Origin: Candidatus Woesearchaeota archaeon
Lineage (GTDB): Archaea; Nanobdellota; Nanobdellia; Pacearchaeales; GW2011-AR1
Reading direction: 5' to 3'
NCBI GenBank assembly: GCA_964467035.1
Contig: CAYXNX010000001.1
Span: 51,373 to 115,372, forward strand
DNA length: 64,000 nt
The first letter of the stretch is position 1, and the number at the start of each line of letters is the position of its first letter. The notes beneath the pieces are model-generated. The model searched no databases and was not told the DNA's origin. It saw nothing but the letters and a program-made list of their open reading frames with translations. The translations under genes and the position numbers were made by a program. Of the stretch, positions 1-9,970 are shown one piece after another.

Positions 1-749
1 CTAGTAGCATTAGCAGATATATTTTGAGGATCATAAGAAAAAATCCCAGATACATTAATTTTTGAGATATCAATTTCCAAAACAGCAGTATCTCCGTCAT
101 AATATTTTCCATTATCCCTTGTATTCAAAGCTGTCAAAATAGTGGAATATTTTTCTAATTGAGAATTAGCTGATGAAAAATTAGTAACTCTTGTGTATGG
201 ATCTGAAAATAAAACAGTATAATTAACTGAAAAATTCTTATATCCCACATCTTTCGTAGTTTTATCATAATTTAAAATACAATGTCCAGAATTATTTGTT
301 TCATTAGTTCCAATCAGAACAGAATTTTCATAAAAATTACATCTAACTTGCTCAATTCCCGAATTTGTTGAAGAATCATAAACTCTTGCAACCAAAATTT
401 CAATATTTGGAACAACCCCTTTATCATCCTCCCCACCAACAGAATCACTCCCCCTTATCAAAATAGAATTGTTTAAAGGAGATGTTAAATTAATCTCAAT
501 ATCATAATCAGTTGTCCCTCCCAAAATTCCAAATCTTCCACGAATTGCTCCGACAATATACTCTCCAACCAGCCCAATTCCTCCAACAGTTCTTTGACTA
601 TAACTTATTGAAGAAGAATTATCATATGAAAAAGAATCTATTTTATTATCACTAGAATAACTCGTTGAAGAACCCTGAAAAGATGAAACAAACGCAGTTA
701 GAACAATCCCAAAAAAAATCACTAAAATAATTAATTTTTTATTTATCAT
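1..749 (-). CDS. secreted/surface protein, N-terminal part only (gene continues beyond window start)
   Basis: ATG at 749 on minus strand; N-terminal hydrophobic signal MINKKLIILVIFFGIVLTAF; Ser/Asn/Thr-rich; open to window edge. Confidence 0.5.
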   Translation of the reverse strand, partial: MINKKLIILVIFFGIVLTAFVSSFQGSSTSYSSDNKIDSFSYDNSSSISYSQRTVGGIGLVGEYIVGAIRGRFGILGGTTDYDIEINLTSPLNNSILIRGSDSVGGEDDKGVVPNIEILVARVYDSSTNSGIEQVRCNFYENSVLIGTNETNNSGHCILNYDKTTKDVGYKNFSVNYTVLFSDPYTRVTNFSSANSQLEKYSTILTALNTRDNGKYYDGDTAVLEIDISKINVSGIFSYDPQNISANAT

Positions 750-914
750 TTTTGGATTTTTTAATAATAATTTCCTCCTTTTCAACATCTAAAAAAATTT
801 CAATATCATCGCTTTTTTTCAAACCAAGATTTTCCAACAAAGAATTAGGAAGAGCAATTCTATTTAATTGTTGAATTTTCAATTGACCAAATTTAACTCT
901 TTTTTTACTCATTA
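739..914 (-). CDS. AbrB/SpoVT/MazE-like swapped-hairpin DNA-binding protein, 58 aa
   Basis: Translation MSKKRVKFGQLKIQQLNRIALPNSLLENLGLKKSDDIEIFLDVEKEEIIIKK; stop overlaps start of downstream gene; not in ORF track (<60 aa). Confidence 0.45.
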
Positions 915-960
915 TACCAATACTATTATAATACTAAAATTAGTATTTAAAATTAACTGT

Positions 961-2367
961 TTAAATAGAATAATCTCCAATATATTCTTCAACTTCTTCA
1001 GTCTTCTCAGAATTTTCCTTAAGAGAATTAGCTATTTGTTTAATCCATTTAACTCTATCAAGTTTGACTTCATCATCCAAATTTTCCCTATCAGGATTAT
1101 AAGATTTTTCAAGCCAATAATCTCCAATTTCAAATCTTACAACCAATCTATTACTCACAATCTCAGATTTTGTAACTGAAACTTTTTTCTCACCAGTTTT
1201 AGATTGAACCAAAAAAGATTCTTTTTCTGTTAAATCATATTCGCTTAAATTTTCCAAAGTTTGATTATCTTTTGTTTCATTAGTTGTTAAATTTGATTCA
1301 ATTGTTTCATTGTCAATTAGCTCTGTTTCGTTATCAATTAGCTCTGTCTCGTTATCAATTAGCTCTGTCTCATTGTCAATTCTATCTGTTTCATTATCTT
1401 CTGAATTTTGAGAATCTCCAGAATCTTTTGAAAAAGATTCAATTTCCTCTCCAGAGTAAATCAATTTAACAGAAAAATCTTCAGAACTAACATTTAAAGG
1501 ATTTAAATCAATACTTAAATCATAAGTTTCATCTTGTAAAAACTCTTCACCAAATCCTTCGTGTGTTTCAGAATAATCAGTTGTAATAATTGCAATCCCA
1601 TCAGAAATTGAAAGCTCCACATCTTCTTCAGAAGAGACAATTTCAGCACTTTGTCCTTCAGATAATTCATATTCAAAAGGAGAATTTGCTGAAACAACAT
1701 CCTCCACAACATCGACTTGAGTTTGAACTGCATTTCCAGTTATAGAAGAACCCTCACCAGTTTGATTTTTTTCAGTTTGACTTTCTTCAGTTTGATTTTC
1801 TTCAGTTTGATTTTCTTCAGTTTGATTTTCTTCATCCCCCAAGTTTGAGGTTGAGGTATCATTTGAATCTCCACTATCTGAACTTGATGTATCATTTGAA
1901 TCTCCACTATCTGAACTTGATGTATCATTCACAGAATTATCCCCAGAACTCTCGCCAGAATCTTGAGATTCTTCAATTATTTTCATTGTAAATTCAACTT
2001 CGGGATAAACAGTCTTCTCCCCAACCAAACCATAACCGCTCCCATTTCCTGAAACTTGCTTATCACTAATAAAAAACTTTCCAGAATTTTCTTGCTCAGA
2101 AACTAAATCAGATAATTTATAAGATTGTGTTTTCCCATTAGAAATTAATTCAATATCTGTATCAGAAGGAATTAACTCTCCCTTGTTTAATGAAATAATC
2201 ATTTCCCCATCTTCCAAAGATTCAACATTTAAAATTGACTTTCCCACAATAGAATTTGAAAAATAAATAACAACAAAAGACAGAACCAAAATTACAAACA
2301 CAGCTAAATAAGAAAAAAGCTTTTTATTATTTAAAACCTCTTTTTTTTGTAAAATTTTTCTTGCCAT
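961..2367 (-). CDS. membrane-anchored acidic repeat protein (NETELID and SGDSNDTSSSD tandem repeats)
   Basis: N-terminal TM; internal tandem peptide repeats; low-complexity acidic. Confidence 0.5.
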   Translation of the reverse strand: MARKILQKKEVLNNKKLFSYLAVFVILVLSFVVIYFSNSIVGKSILNVESLEDGEMIISLNKGELIPSDTDIELISNGKTQSYKLSDLVSEQENSGKFFISDKQVSGNGSGYGLVGEKTVYPEVEFTMKIIEESQDSGESSGDNSVNDTSSSDSGDSNDTSSSDSGDSNDTSTSNLGDEENQTEENQTEENQTEESQTEKNQTGEGSSITGNAVQTQVDVVEDVVSANSPFEYELSEGQSAEIVSSEEDVELSISDGIAIITTDYSETHEGFGEEFLQDETYDLSIDLNPLNVSSEDFSVKLIYSGEEIESFSKDSGDSQNSEDNETDRIDNETELIDNETELIDNETELIDNETIESNLTTNETKDNQTLENLSEYDLTEKESFLVQSKTGEKKVSVTKSEIVSNRLVVRFEIGDYWLEKSYNPDRENLDDEVKLDRVKWIKQIANSLKENSEKTEEVEEYIGDYSI

Positions 2368-3066
2368 TTAACCTTTTGTTTGAACCATAGTTATTGCATT
2401 CCCCCAATCCACCTCACCACTAACTTGTGCATAAACTGAAATCACATCACCTTTCTTAAATTTAATAATATTTTCTGATTGCAAATCAAAATCTCTTTGA
2501 GTTTTATCTGATGAATCAATTAAATTACTAAAACCAGTATACTCTCCATTTTTGTAAACTTTCAATTCAACCTCTCCATCTCCAGAAATATCAAGATTTG
2601 TAGAAATTCCTGTAACACTTCCCTCCCTCATCATAACATATCCCTTAGTTTCACTTGTTTCCACACCAGTTACACTTTCCAAATAACTTGATTCATTAAC
2701 TATGCCAGATAAACCAAAATTCAAATTTTGAATATTTGTAACAATATTTTTTTGCACTTTTTCAAATTCATTAGTAGAATAAGTTACAACATAAACTTCC
2801 CCAGGTTTATTTTGTTGAGTATAATTCACCCCGTAGATTCCAATATTATTTTTATCAATTTTTTTAATTTTAACATTTTCAGGAAGTTTTGATTGATTTA
2901 TTTTATTAATATCTCTAACCTCTTCCTCACTAATTCCTCTTTTTGTTAAAAAAGATTTAACATATTCTTCTGCATCTCCTGTTACAGGTTCAGAAACAGA
3001 TTTTGCAAAAGCTCCGACTGAAAAAATAATCAAAAATGCAAATAAAACTAAAAATAATTTTTTCAT
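2368..3066 (-). CDS. secreted protein with signal peptide
   Basis: MKKLFLVLFAFLIIFSVGAFA signal; contiguous with upstream gene. Confidence 0.5.
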   Translation of the reverse strand: MKKLFLVLFAFLIIFSVGAFAKSVSEPVTGDAEEYVKSFLTKRGISEEEVRDINKINQSKLPENVKIKKIDKNNIGIYGVNYTQQNKPGEVYVVTYSTNEFEKVQKNIVTNIQNLNFGLSGIVNESSYLESVTGVETSETKGYVMMREGSVTGISTNLDISGDGEVELKVYKNGEYTGFSNLIDSSDKTQRDFDLQSENIIKFKKGDVISVYAQVSGEVDWGNAITMVQTKG

Positions 3067-3081
3067 TTTCCTCTTTTATAT

Positions 3082-3363
3082 TCATCCCAAATTTGTAGGA
3101 TTTTGTCCTTGTTCTGATTCTTGCAATTGTTGCTCTAATTGTTGGTTTCTTGCTAAAACAACAGTTTGTTCATCATTACTCAATACAATGTAACCTTGTT
3201 GATTTACTTGCTGTATTATTGTATTAACTGCTGCTTGCTGACTTTCTATTTGTTTGTTAATAACATAACCTTGGAAAGAAGGTGCTATAACAACTACTGT
3301 TAATAACGCAAGTGTAAGAATAACAATAACACCAATTGCAACTTTAAATTTAACGTCTTTCAT
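3082..3363 (-). CDS. small membrane protein with Gln-rich coiled coil
   Basis: one TM helix then Q-rich segment. Confidence 0.35.
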   Translation of the reverse strand: MKDVKFKVAIGVIVILTLALLTVVVIAPSFQGYVINKQIESQQAAVNTIIQQVNQQGYIVLSNDEQTVVLARNQQLEQQLQESEQGQNPTNLG

Positions 3364-3412
3364 CTTACCTCCAATAGTTTAAATTAATTAATCTTTTTAA
3401 ATTATTTGGTAA

Positions 3413-4618
3413 TTATCTAACAATTTCTCCCAACCCTATCAATCTCCAATGCCCTTTAATATTTCTTGCCAAACCTACACTATCCCCTTCAAAAGGAACT
3501 ACAGGAATACTTAAATTCATTTCTAAAACACCTTTTGACAATTTCACAACTTTTCCAACAGTTGTCGAAGTGCAAACACTCATCATCAACATTTCCCCTG
3601 GTTTAAAATCTTCAACATCTTGATGCCCCTCCATACCTAAAATCTCTTTAAAATGCTGGGCTTTAATCTTTAAATTATCCGTAATTTCAGGTAAACTTCC
3701 TTTCAGCCCTGCAACAGTTCCAGAAAGCAAATCAGTTTTTGTCAAAGCCATATCCAACTCTGTTTCAATAGATAAACTTCCTCCAGGAGTTGCCTTTTCT
3801 AATTTATGGCTTCCCCTAAAAATAGATTTAATTTTTGTTCTAACTGTTTCATATCTTTTTTGATTTTTTTCAACAACCAACCTCCCGGGTTTTATCTCAA
3901 TTTCATCCCCTTCTTTTAATTTACCCTTAATTAAAGCACCCCCCAAAACCCCTCCGTGCAAATCCTTAATTTTAGTTCCAGGTTTATTAATATCAAAACT
4001 TCTAGCAACAACAAAAACCGGTTCACTTTTTTCATCTTTTTCAGGAATATCCATGCTGGATAAATTTTCATAAATTTTATCAATATTAATTTTTTGTTCA
4101 GCAGATACCGGAATTATTGGAGAATTTTCTGCAATAGTTCCTTTAACAAATTCTTTTATCTCTTTATAATTTTTCAAAGCTTGCTCTTTAGAAACTAAAT
4201 CAATTTTATTTTGAACAATTACGATTTTATTAATATTCTTAGCTTGTAAAGCAATTAAATGTTCTTTTGTTTGAGGTTTAACACCCTCATTAGCAGCTAC
4301 AACTAAAATCGCAGCATCAACCATTGCAGCTCCAGAAAGCATAGTAGCCATCAACATTTCATGCCCAGGCACATCAACAAAAGTCAAATACCTAAAAACT
4401 TCTCCCTCTTTTATACCATATTTTCCATCTTTTTTTCTTAGAATAACATCTGCATAACCTAATTTAATTGTAATCCCTCTCTTAAGCTCCTCGCTATGAG
4501 TATCAGCAAACTTCCCAGTAAGAGCATTCAATAAAGTTGTTTTCCCATGATCAATATGCCCCACAACACCCACATTTAACACCGGAAGCTTTGAAATATC
4601 AATTTGTTCTTTTACCAT
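3413..4618 (-). CDS. eif2g: translation initiation factor 2 gamma subunit (aIF2-gamma)
   Basis: GTPase motifs VGHIDHGKTTL, DVPGHE, NKID; C-terminal beta-barrel domains; length 401 aa. Confidence 0.85.
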   Translation of the reverse strand: MVKEQIDISKLPVLNVGVVGHIDHGKTTLLNALTGKFADTHSEELKRGITIKLGYADVILRKKDGKYGIKEGEVFRYLTFVDVPGHEMLMATMLSGAAMVDAAILVVAANEGVKPQTKEHLIALQAKNINKIVIVQNKIDLVSKEQALKNYKEIKEFVKGTIAENSPIIPVSAEQKINIDKIYENLSSMDIPEKDEKSEPVFVVARSFDINKPGTKIKDLHGGVLGGALIKGKLKEGDEIEIKPGRLVVEKNQKRYETVRTKIKSIFRGSHKLEKATPGGSLSIETELDMALTKTDLLSGTVAGLKGSLPEITDNLKIKAQHFKEILGMEGHQDVEDFKPGEMLMMSVCTSTTVGKVVKLSKGVLEMNLSIPVVPFEGDSVGLARNIKGHWRLIGLGEIVR

Positions 4619-4639
4619 AAAATTTCAAGAAATACTTTG

Positions 4640-4960
4640 TTAAAAAATGTTTGGGTTGGTAGATTTGGTGAAACCACATAATATTTATTTTTCTATAACT
4701 AATTAATTCACCAACCTCTAAAGAGTTAGTGGGCGAAAGAAGACGAACACGAGTGCTAATTTTAATAAACAAAATTTTGATTCCCTTTCAAGAGTGGGCA
4801 ATCCAATGGGGTTAGGAATTGCCAGAGGGTGGGGCGTCTACAAACGACGCTCAAAATAAAAGAACCAAAATTTTGAAAGACAAGTGTAAGAACAAATTAG
4901 GAATATGGTGAGGGTAAGGTTTTGTCAAAAGCAAGATAGTAGAAATTCCTGAAAAATTCA
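4640..4960. ncRNA. candidate structured non-coding RNA (identity unknown) in ORF-free GC-rich patch
   Basis: 390-nt region with no ORF on either strand; local GC well above background; hairpins ggcaat..attgcc and ggcgtc-uacaaac-gacgcu. Confidence 0.2.
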
Positions 4961-5013
4961 AACTTATTTCTAAAATTATGAAAAGTCATTGGGAATACTC
5001 TAATGATTGTAAA

Positions 5014-5262
5014 TTACCTTCCATAAACATTCTTCCTATGACCCACTTTCAAAACATATAAAATCTTAACATCCTTTTCAATATCAATAATCAATCTATA
5101 ATTTCCTATTCTTAATTTATACCCTCTCAACTCAACCAAAGGTTCAAGAAATCTAAAAGGATCAATTTTACATTCTTGAAGTTTCATCCAAATTCTTTTT
5201 TTAATTTGATTGTCTAATTTATTTAAATAATTTAAAGCTCTTTTTTCAAAAATAAGTTTATA
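5014..5262 (-). CDS. RelE/ParE-family toxin, no in-frame ATG at expected start
   Basis: Frame immediately downstream of antitoxin translates YKLIFEKRALNYLNKLDNQIKKRIWMKLQECKIDPFRFLEPLVELRGYKLRIGNYRLIIDIEKDVKILYVLKVGHRKNVYGR; first ATG only at 5187. Confidence 0.5.
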   Translation of the reverse strand, partial: YKLIFEKRALNYLNKLDNQIKKRIWMKLQECKIDPFRFLEPLVELRGYKLRIGNYRLIIDIEKDVKILYVLKVGHRKNVYGR

Positions 5263-5266
5263 CCTT

Positions 5267-5509
5267 TTAAATGCCTAAAATTTTCTTAGCTTCTTCTTCA
5301 GTATAAAATTCTCCTTTCTTAATTTTCTCTCTTGCTTCTTTAATCTCAACAATTGTCTTCTGACTCAACTTAGGCTGTTTCTCACACAATTTCATTAGAT
5401 GAATCAATTTTCTAACTAATTCATCATAACTTTCATTCTTGTATTGTCTAAATGCATCCAATTCTGATTTTGTCTTTTGATTTATTCTTATTGTTGTTTC
5501 CATATACAA
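5267..5509 (-). CDS. antitoxin of RelE-type pair (family recurring 4 times in window)
   Basis: C-terminal motif EAREKIKKGEFYTEEEAKKILGI shared with 35248..35481, 43152..43355 and 63679..63943. Confidence 0.5.
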   Translation of the reverse strand: MYMETTIRINQKTKSELDAFRQYKNESYDELVRKLIHLMKLCEKQPKLSQKTIVEIKEAREKIKKGEFYTEEEAKKILGI

Positions 5510-5701
5510 ACATATACATAAGTAGATTATTTAAACTTTTCGTGTAAAAATTCAAAATTATTTCTAAAACTATAAAGATTTATTAAAATACTGTAAATCT
5601 ATTCTTTCCTTAAACTCTTATTTTGAGCTAAATAACAGCTACTACCTAAAACTTCTGCAGATCCAATAATAAAATACAAAGTTCATAAAAAAAGCACAAC
5701 A

Positions 5702-5875
5702 TATGGAAATAAAATTTGTTAATTTTCCTATCCAGGGTAACATAGACATTTTCAAAAATAAAGTTTTAATAGTTTCATGGAAAAATCCAAAGATAGGGAT
5801 TTTAATTCACTCAAAAAATATAGCAGACAATTTAAGAGAATATTTTAATCAAATCTGGAAAGAAAATCAATAAGC
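5702..5875 (+). other. orphan 57-aa ORF, possible gene remnant
   Basis: MEIKFVNFPIQGNIDIFKNKVLIVSWKNPKIGILIHSKNIADNLREYFNQIWKENQ; upstream frame closed by stops. Confidence 0.15.
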
Positions 5876-5914
5876 TCTAAATAAAAGAAATCTACCAAAT
5901 AGTTATAATAACCT

Positions 5915-6187
5915 CTATAAATCAGAATAATATTTTGGATAAAAAACCTTAACCATTAAATTCAACCCAATCATTCTCCCATTAGTATATTCAAATTGAT
6001 TATCACCAAGAATACTAGGCAAATATTCATCAATAATCCTATTAAAAATCATCAAATCCCCTGTCCCAGGTTTAAAAGCAGGATTAGTTCCTTTAACACT
6101 AGTCCATCCTTTATTAGCTCCCAAAGCATAATTTACCATTCCTTCTAAAATATCTTTTCTAATCTTCAAAATACTTGTAGAATCCAT
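5915..6187 (-). CDS. hypothetical protein
   Basis: ORF, start overlaps S6e stop. Confidence 0.35.
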   Translation of the reverse strand: MDSTSILKIRKDILEGMVNYALGANKGWTSVKGTNPAFKPGTGDLMIFNRIIDEYLPSILGDNQFEYTNGRMIGLNLMVKVFYPKYYSDL

Positions 6188-6582
6188 TATTCACTTTTCT
6201 CTTCACTCTCTTCTTTCTTAAAAACCTCTTCCAACTTTTTCCCGCCTTCTTTAATAACTTTAGTATTAATCTGAGAAGTTACTAAAGCAATTTGGTTTCC
6301 TCTTACTGATTTCTTCTTTCTTACTCCCTTATTTTTCACTTTTCTCAAAAAAGGCCCTTTTGTAAACATAACTTTCCTCAAATTCGACCCTTCTTCTTCC
6401 TTTTTTCCTGGAAAACCAGATTTATCACTTGTCCCAGTTATTTCAAGTTCATAACCCTGAAGCTCTCCAGAAACATCACCCCCAGAAATTCTTTCTCCCA
6501 TTTTTTTCCCAACTAAAAATTCATTTTCAATTTCCAGTTTATAGGTTTTGCCTTTATCTGATATATTAATCTTAAACGCCAT
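6187..6582 (-). CDS. rps6e: 30S ribosomal protein S6e
   Basis: MAFKINISD.., GFPGKK, KGPFLRKVKNKGVRKKKSVRGNQI typical of S6e. Confidence 0.8.
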   Translation of the reverse strand: MAFKINISDKGKTYKLEIENEFLVGKKMGERISGGDVSGELQGYELEITGTSDKSGFPGKKEEEGSNLRKVMFTKGPFLRKVKNKGVRKKKSVRGNQIALVTSQINTKVIKEGGKKLEEVFKKEESEEKSE

Positions 6583-6632
6583 ATTTATCCATCATCAAGA
6601 GCATTTTTAAAGCTTGCTATCTGCAAAAATCT

Positions 6633-7376
6633 ATGTCACAAGAAATTATTTTAGCAATAATTCAAGCTCTCACCGAATTCCTCCCAATATCTAGTTCTGG
6701 CCATCTAGCCTTCTTTTCAAATCTTATCGGTTCCCCAAATCTTTTTTTAATCACAATCCTACATATTGCCTCACTACTTGCAATTTTAATTTTCACAAGA
6801 AAAGAAATCTATGAAATCGCAACAATAAAACAAAATAAACTTTTAGCCTACTTAATAATCGCAACAATCCCTGCCGCCCTTTTTGGATTTTTTTTCAAAG
6901 ATTTTATTGAATCAGCCCTAAACTCTTTTCTTTTTATAGGAATATCTTTCCTCTTCACAGGCACAATCCTTTTACTAACAAAAATCCCAGTAAAATCTTC
7001 AAAATTAAATTTGAAAAATTCCCTATTCATTGGCTTATTTCAAACATTAGCCTTATTTCCAGGAGTTTCAAGAAGCGGAATGACAATCTCTGCCTCTTTG
7101 TTTTCAGGAATTTCAAAAGAAAAAGCAACAAAATTTTCCTTCCTTCTTTTCATTCCATTATCAATAGGTGCAATAATCTTAGAATCAGGGAATGCTTATT
7201 TTTCAATCCCTCTTGCAATCGCATTCATTATTTGTTTTTTCTTAAGCATTCTATTCCTTAATCTAATTTACATAATAATCAAAAAAGACAAATTTTGGCT
7301 ATTTTCATTCTATTGTTTTTTAATTGGAATAATATCTTTAATAATTTATTTTATGAATCTCTTCCAATTTCCTTAG
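6633..7376 (+). CDS. uppP: undecaprenyl-diphosphatase (UppP/BacA)
   Basis: motifs FLPISSSGHL and PGVSRSGMTIS; polytopic membrane protein. Confidence 0.85.
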   Translation: MSQEIILAIIQALTEFLPISSSGHLAFFSNLIGSPNLFLITILHIASLLAILIFTRKEIYEIATIKQNKLLAYLIIATIPAALFGFFFKDFIESALNSFLFIGISFLFTGTILLLTKIPVKSSKLNLKNSLFIGLFQTLALFPGVSRSGMTISASLFSGISKEKATKFSFLLFIPLSIGAIILESGNAYFSIPLAIAFIICFFLSILFLNLIYIIIKKDKFWLFSFYCFLIGIISLIIYFMNLFQFP

Positions 7377-7962
7377 ACCTTTTTTTAATTCTTTCAGCAA
7401 TTTCACTCAACAACTTAAAATCTTCTTTTTCTTCTCTAACCATTTCCTCAATCTTCCCAAAATCTCTTGATTGCAACAAAAAATTCATCGAACAAACTTC
7501 AACAAATGGAATTAAATTACCCATTCTTTGATAAAATTCATTTTCAATCAAATAAACTCTTTCAGGATTTTCAAATCTCTTCTGATCTTTCTCATCCATA
7601 TTTTCCAAATACATTCTTTGATCCTCTTGTTGTTCCTCTGAAAACTCTTCATAAACTTTTAAAGGTCTCCAACCTCTTCCAGAAATATTCTCAGAAAGAA
7701 CAGTCAAACACTTATATCCTTTCGGCTCCGAATCTTCTCCAATGTAAAAAGAAATATAAGGCCTTTTAAAACCAACAGAAGGAAAATAACTAAATTTTAA
7801 AAAACTGGGTTTAACACAAACTCCCTGAACATAATTCAAACTAACCTTTTTTTCCAAAGGATCAACAACCCCTAAAACCTCTCCCTTACCAACTTCTCTA
7901 ACATCATAAACTCTTTTTCCGTTTCTCAAGAAAAATTCATCCCGAACATCTAAATCAACCAT
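7351..7962 (-). CDS. hypothetical protein
   Basis: 203-aa ORF, no motif recognised. Confidence 0.35.
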   Translation of the reverse strand: MVDLDVRDEFFLRNGKRVYDVREVGKGEVLGVVDPLEKKVSLNYVQGVCVKPSFLKFSYFPSVGFKRPYISFYIGEDSEPKGYKCLTVLSENISGRGWRPLKVYEEFSEEQQEDQRMYLENMDEKDQKRFENPERVYLIENEFYQRMGNLIPFVEVCSMNFLLQSRDFGKIEEMVREEKEDFKLLSEIAERIKKRSKEIGRDS

Positions 7963-8008
7963 AAATAATAAAACAAAAACAAATTATTAAACTTTATTAA
8001 ATTCTAAA

Positions 8009-8401
8009 CTATAATTTAATTTTATCAAGAAGCTCCTCTTCCTCTTTCATATGAGCCCGAAGTTTATCAACCAACATTCTACCATCAGTATCTAAAGAAG
8101 CAATAATTTCACTTTCATCTCCAGATTTTATTGCATCATGAATAACCTTCAAATGTCCCTTCAATAATCTATGAGAAGTTTTCATCTTTTCAATCGGAAA
8201 ATCTTCTTCTGAAAAATTCTCTTCAAAAAACTTCTCTTCCTTATCTTCATGAGTATTCCACATATCATGCAATTTTTTAAAAACATGGGATAAATTAGCG
8301 TGATTAACTTCATTATTTTCTTCGGTATCTATAATAGTCTCTAACTCAATTAATTCCCTATTTATAGCCTCATGTTCTTTTTTTATATTAAAATTTTTCA
8401 T
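8009..8401 (-). CDS. hemerythrin-like HHE cation-binding domain protein
   Basis: spaced His/Glu pattern (H..E..H.....HE). Confidence 0.3.
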   Translation of the reverse strand: MKNFNIKKEHEAINRELIELETIIDTEENNEVNHANLSHVFKKLHDMWNTHEDKEEKFFEENFSEEDFPIEKMKTSHRLLKGHLKVIHDAIKSGDESEIIASLDTDGRMLVDKLRAHMKEEEELLDKIKL

Positions 8402-8445
8402 GTTAATTTGAGGTAATTAAATTATTTAAGTTTAACTATAAAAAA

Positions 8446-9042
8446 TCAGTCATTTACAATAGGCACAAAAACAAAATTCTGAAACTCTTGAATTTTATTC
8501 TCCCCTGATTCCTTTTTAACAACAACAATAGAATCTCTAACAGGAGCAACTAAAACTCCCTTAAATTTTAAATTATTATTAACTAAATCACTTGGGAATT
8601 CATCGAAAGCTGCACTTACTAAAATTCTATCAAATTTTTCATCACCAATTTTCTTCAATGCATTTCCACAATTTATCTCAATATTTTCATAATTTTTCAA
8701 TTTTTCTTTAGAACTTTGCACCAATTCGCTTATTCTTTCAATACCTAAAATCTTTCCATTTTTATTCAGTTCACTTAACAAAGCTAAAACATAACCACTT
8801 CCAGAACCAACTTCCAAAATCTTATCTCCCTCCTCAACTTCCAACAAAGTAAGCATAAAAGCAATAGTATAAGGTTGAGAAATCGTCTGTCCTCCAAAAA
8901 TTGGTAAAGGCACATTTTTATATGATTCTTCCTTTAACTCAGGTGAAACAAACAAACTCCTATCTACTTTTTCAAAAGCATCCATAATTTTATCTGGAAA
9001 ATTAAATTTCTTCAATTCCTTAATCATATTTTCTTTATTCAT
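8446..9042 (-). CDS. pcm: protein-L-isoaspartate O-methyltransferase
   Basis: ISQPYTIAFMLTLLEV..ILEVGSGSGY SAM-binding motif. Confidence 0.8.
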   Translation of the reverse strand: MNKENMIKELKKFNFPDKIMDAFEKVDRSLFVSPELKEESYKNVPLPIFGGQTISQPYTIAFMLTLLEVEEGDKILEVGSGSGYVLALLSELNKNGKILGIERISELVQSSKEKLKNYENIEINCGNALKKIGDEKFDRILVSAAFDEFPSDLVNNNLKFKGVLVAPVRDSIVVVKKESGENKIQEFQNFVFVPIVND

Positions 9043-9268
9043 TTTAATCCAAAGTATTTAACACAAAAAAATATTTAACACACAATTATGCAAATAACAA
9101 AGACCCCCAAATTTTAAGTAATTTTTGGTTTTAGATTCAAACAAATAAAATCAAAATCAGTCAAAGAAAAAAGGAATTAAGATAATTAAAACAAAAATTC
9201 CAAATTTTTAATAAACCAAAAATTATTTAATAATAACTATCCAAATACATAAAGGTAATCAAATAAAA

Positions 9269-9829
9269 ATGAAGTTTACAATTTGCAAAAAAATATTTGG
9301 AAAATATTCTGTCCAAGATTCTTCTGGAAAAAATTTATTTTTTTGCAAAAGAAAATTCCCTCTTTTTTGGAGATATAAGTTTATAGATTCAAATAAAAAA
9401 GAAATTTTTTCAATAAAAAGAAAAAAATTTTCATTTGCCTACGAAATTTATGAGTTAAAAAAAGAAAATAACAATTATGCAAAAGTGATAAAAGAACCAG
9501 CATTCAATATGCTTTTTCCAACAATCCCGTTAGGAGTAAATAAAAAATCAAACGACTTAACAATAGCAAAGATAAAAAAACAAAAAGGGACAACAATCAA
9601 AATGAATGCTAAAAATTTGATACAAGAAAATTATCAAGCAGATTTTATCCAAGAAGGCAAAACTATTGCAAAATCAAAAAAAATATTGGGATTAAAAGGA
9701 GTAACAAAACTATATGATGTTGAGATTATTAAAAGTCAAGATACTCCATTAATTTTTGCTAGCTTAATTATAATGGATATTATGTCAAAAAATACTAAAA
9801 AAACTCAAACAGCATGCAATCAGGCATAA
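9269..9829 (+). CDS. LURP-one-related / DUF567 (tubby-like fold) protein
   Basis: pattern FSIKRKKFSFAYEIYELKKENN.. resembles LOR family. Confidence 0.35.
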   Translation: MKFTICKKIFGKYSVQDSSGKNLFFCKRKFPLFWRYKFIDSNKKEIFSIKRKKFSFAYEIYELKKENNNYAKVIKEPAFNMLFPTIPLGVNKKSNDLTIAKIKKQKGTTIKMNAKNLIQENYQADFIQEGKTIAKSKKILGLKGVTKLYDVEIIKSQDTPLIFASLIIMDIMSKNTKKTQTACNQA

Positions 9830-9935
9830 GAATTGGGGGAAGAAAATAAAATAAAAATTCACTGAACAATACTACTTCCAATAAAATCTATTAATTCTAA
9901 ACTCCCCCCAACTATTAAAGAGAAGTGTGATACTT

Positions 9936-9953
9936 TTTCAAAGCGCCCCGACC
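9936..9953. repeat. attL-like 18-bp direct repeat tttcaaagcgccccgacc (copy of tRNA-Asp 3' end)
   Basis: exact match to 19792..19809. Confidence 0.7.
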
Positions 9954-9970
9954 GCACGTCATGAATTTGT

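Noticed and set aside
868-1928. Plus/minus small ORFs 868..1179, 1284..1469, 1515..1733, 1740..1928
   Set aside because: Embedded in or antisense to the repeat-rich 468-aa gene; low-complexity translations
3413-4618. aIF2-gamma lacks the Cys zinc knuckle in its G domain
   Set aside because: Not all archaeal gamma subunits retain the zinc ribbon; judged normal lineage variation
7295-7769. Plus-strand ORFs 7295..7531 and 7467..7769
   Set aside because: Antisense to the 203-aa gene 7351..7962 and overlapping the uppP end; no features
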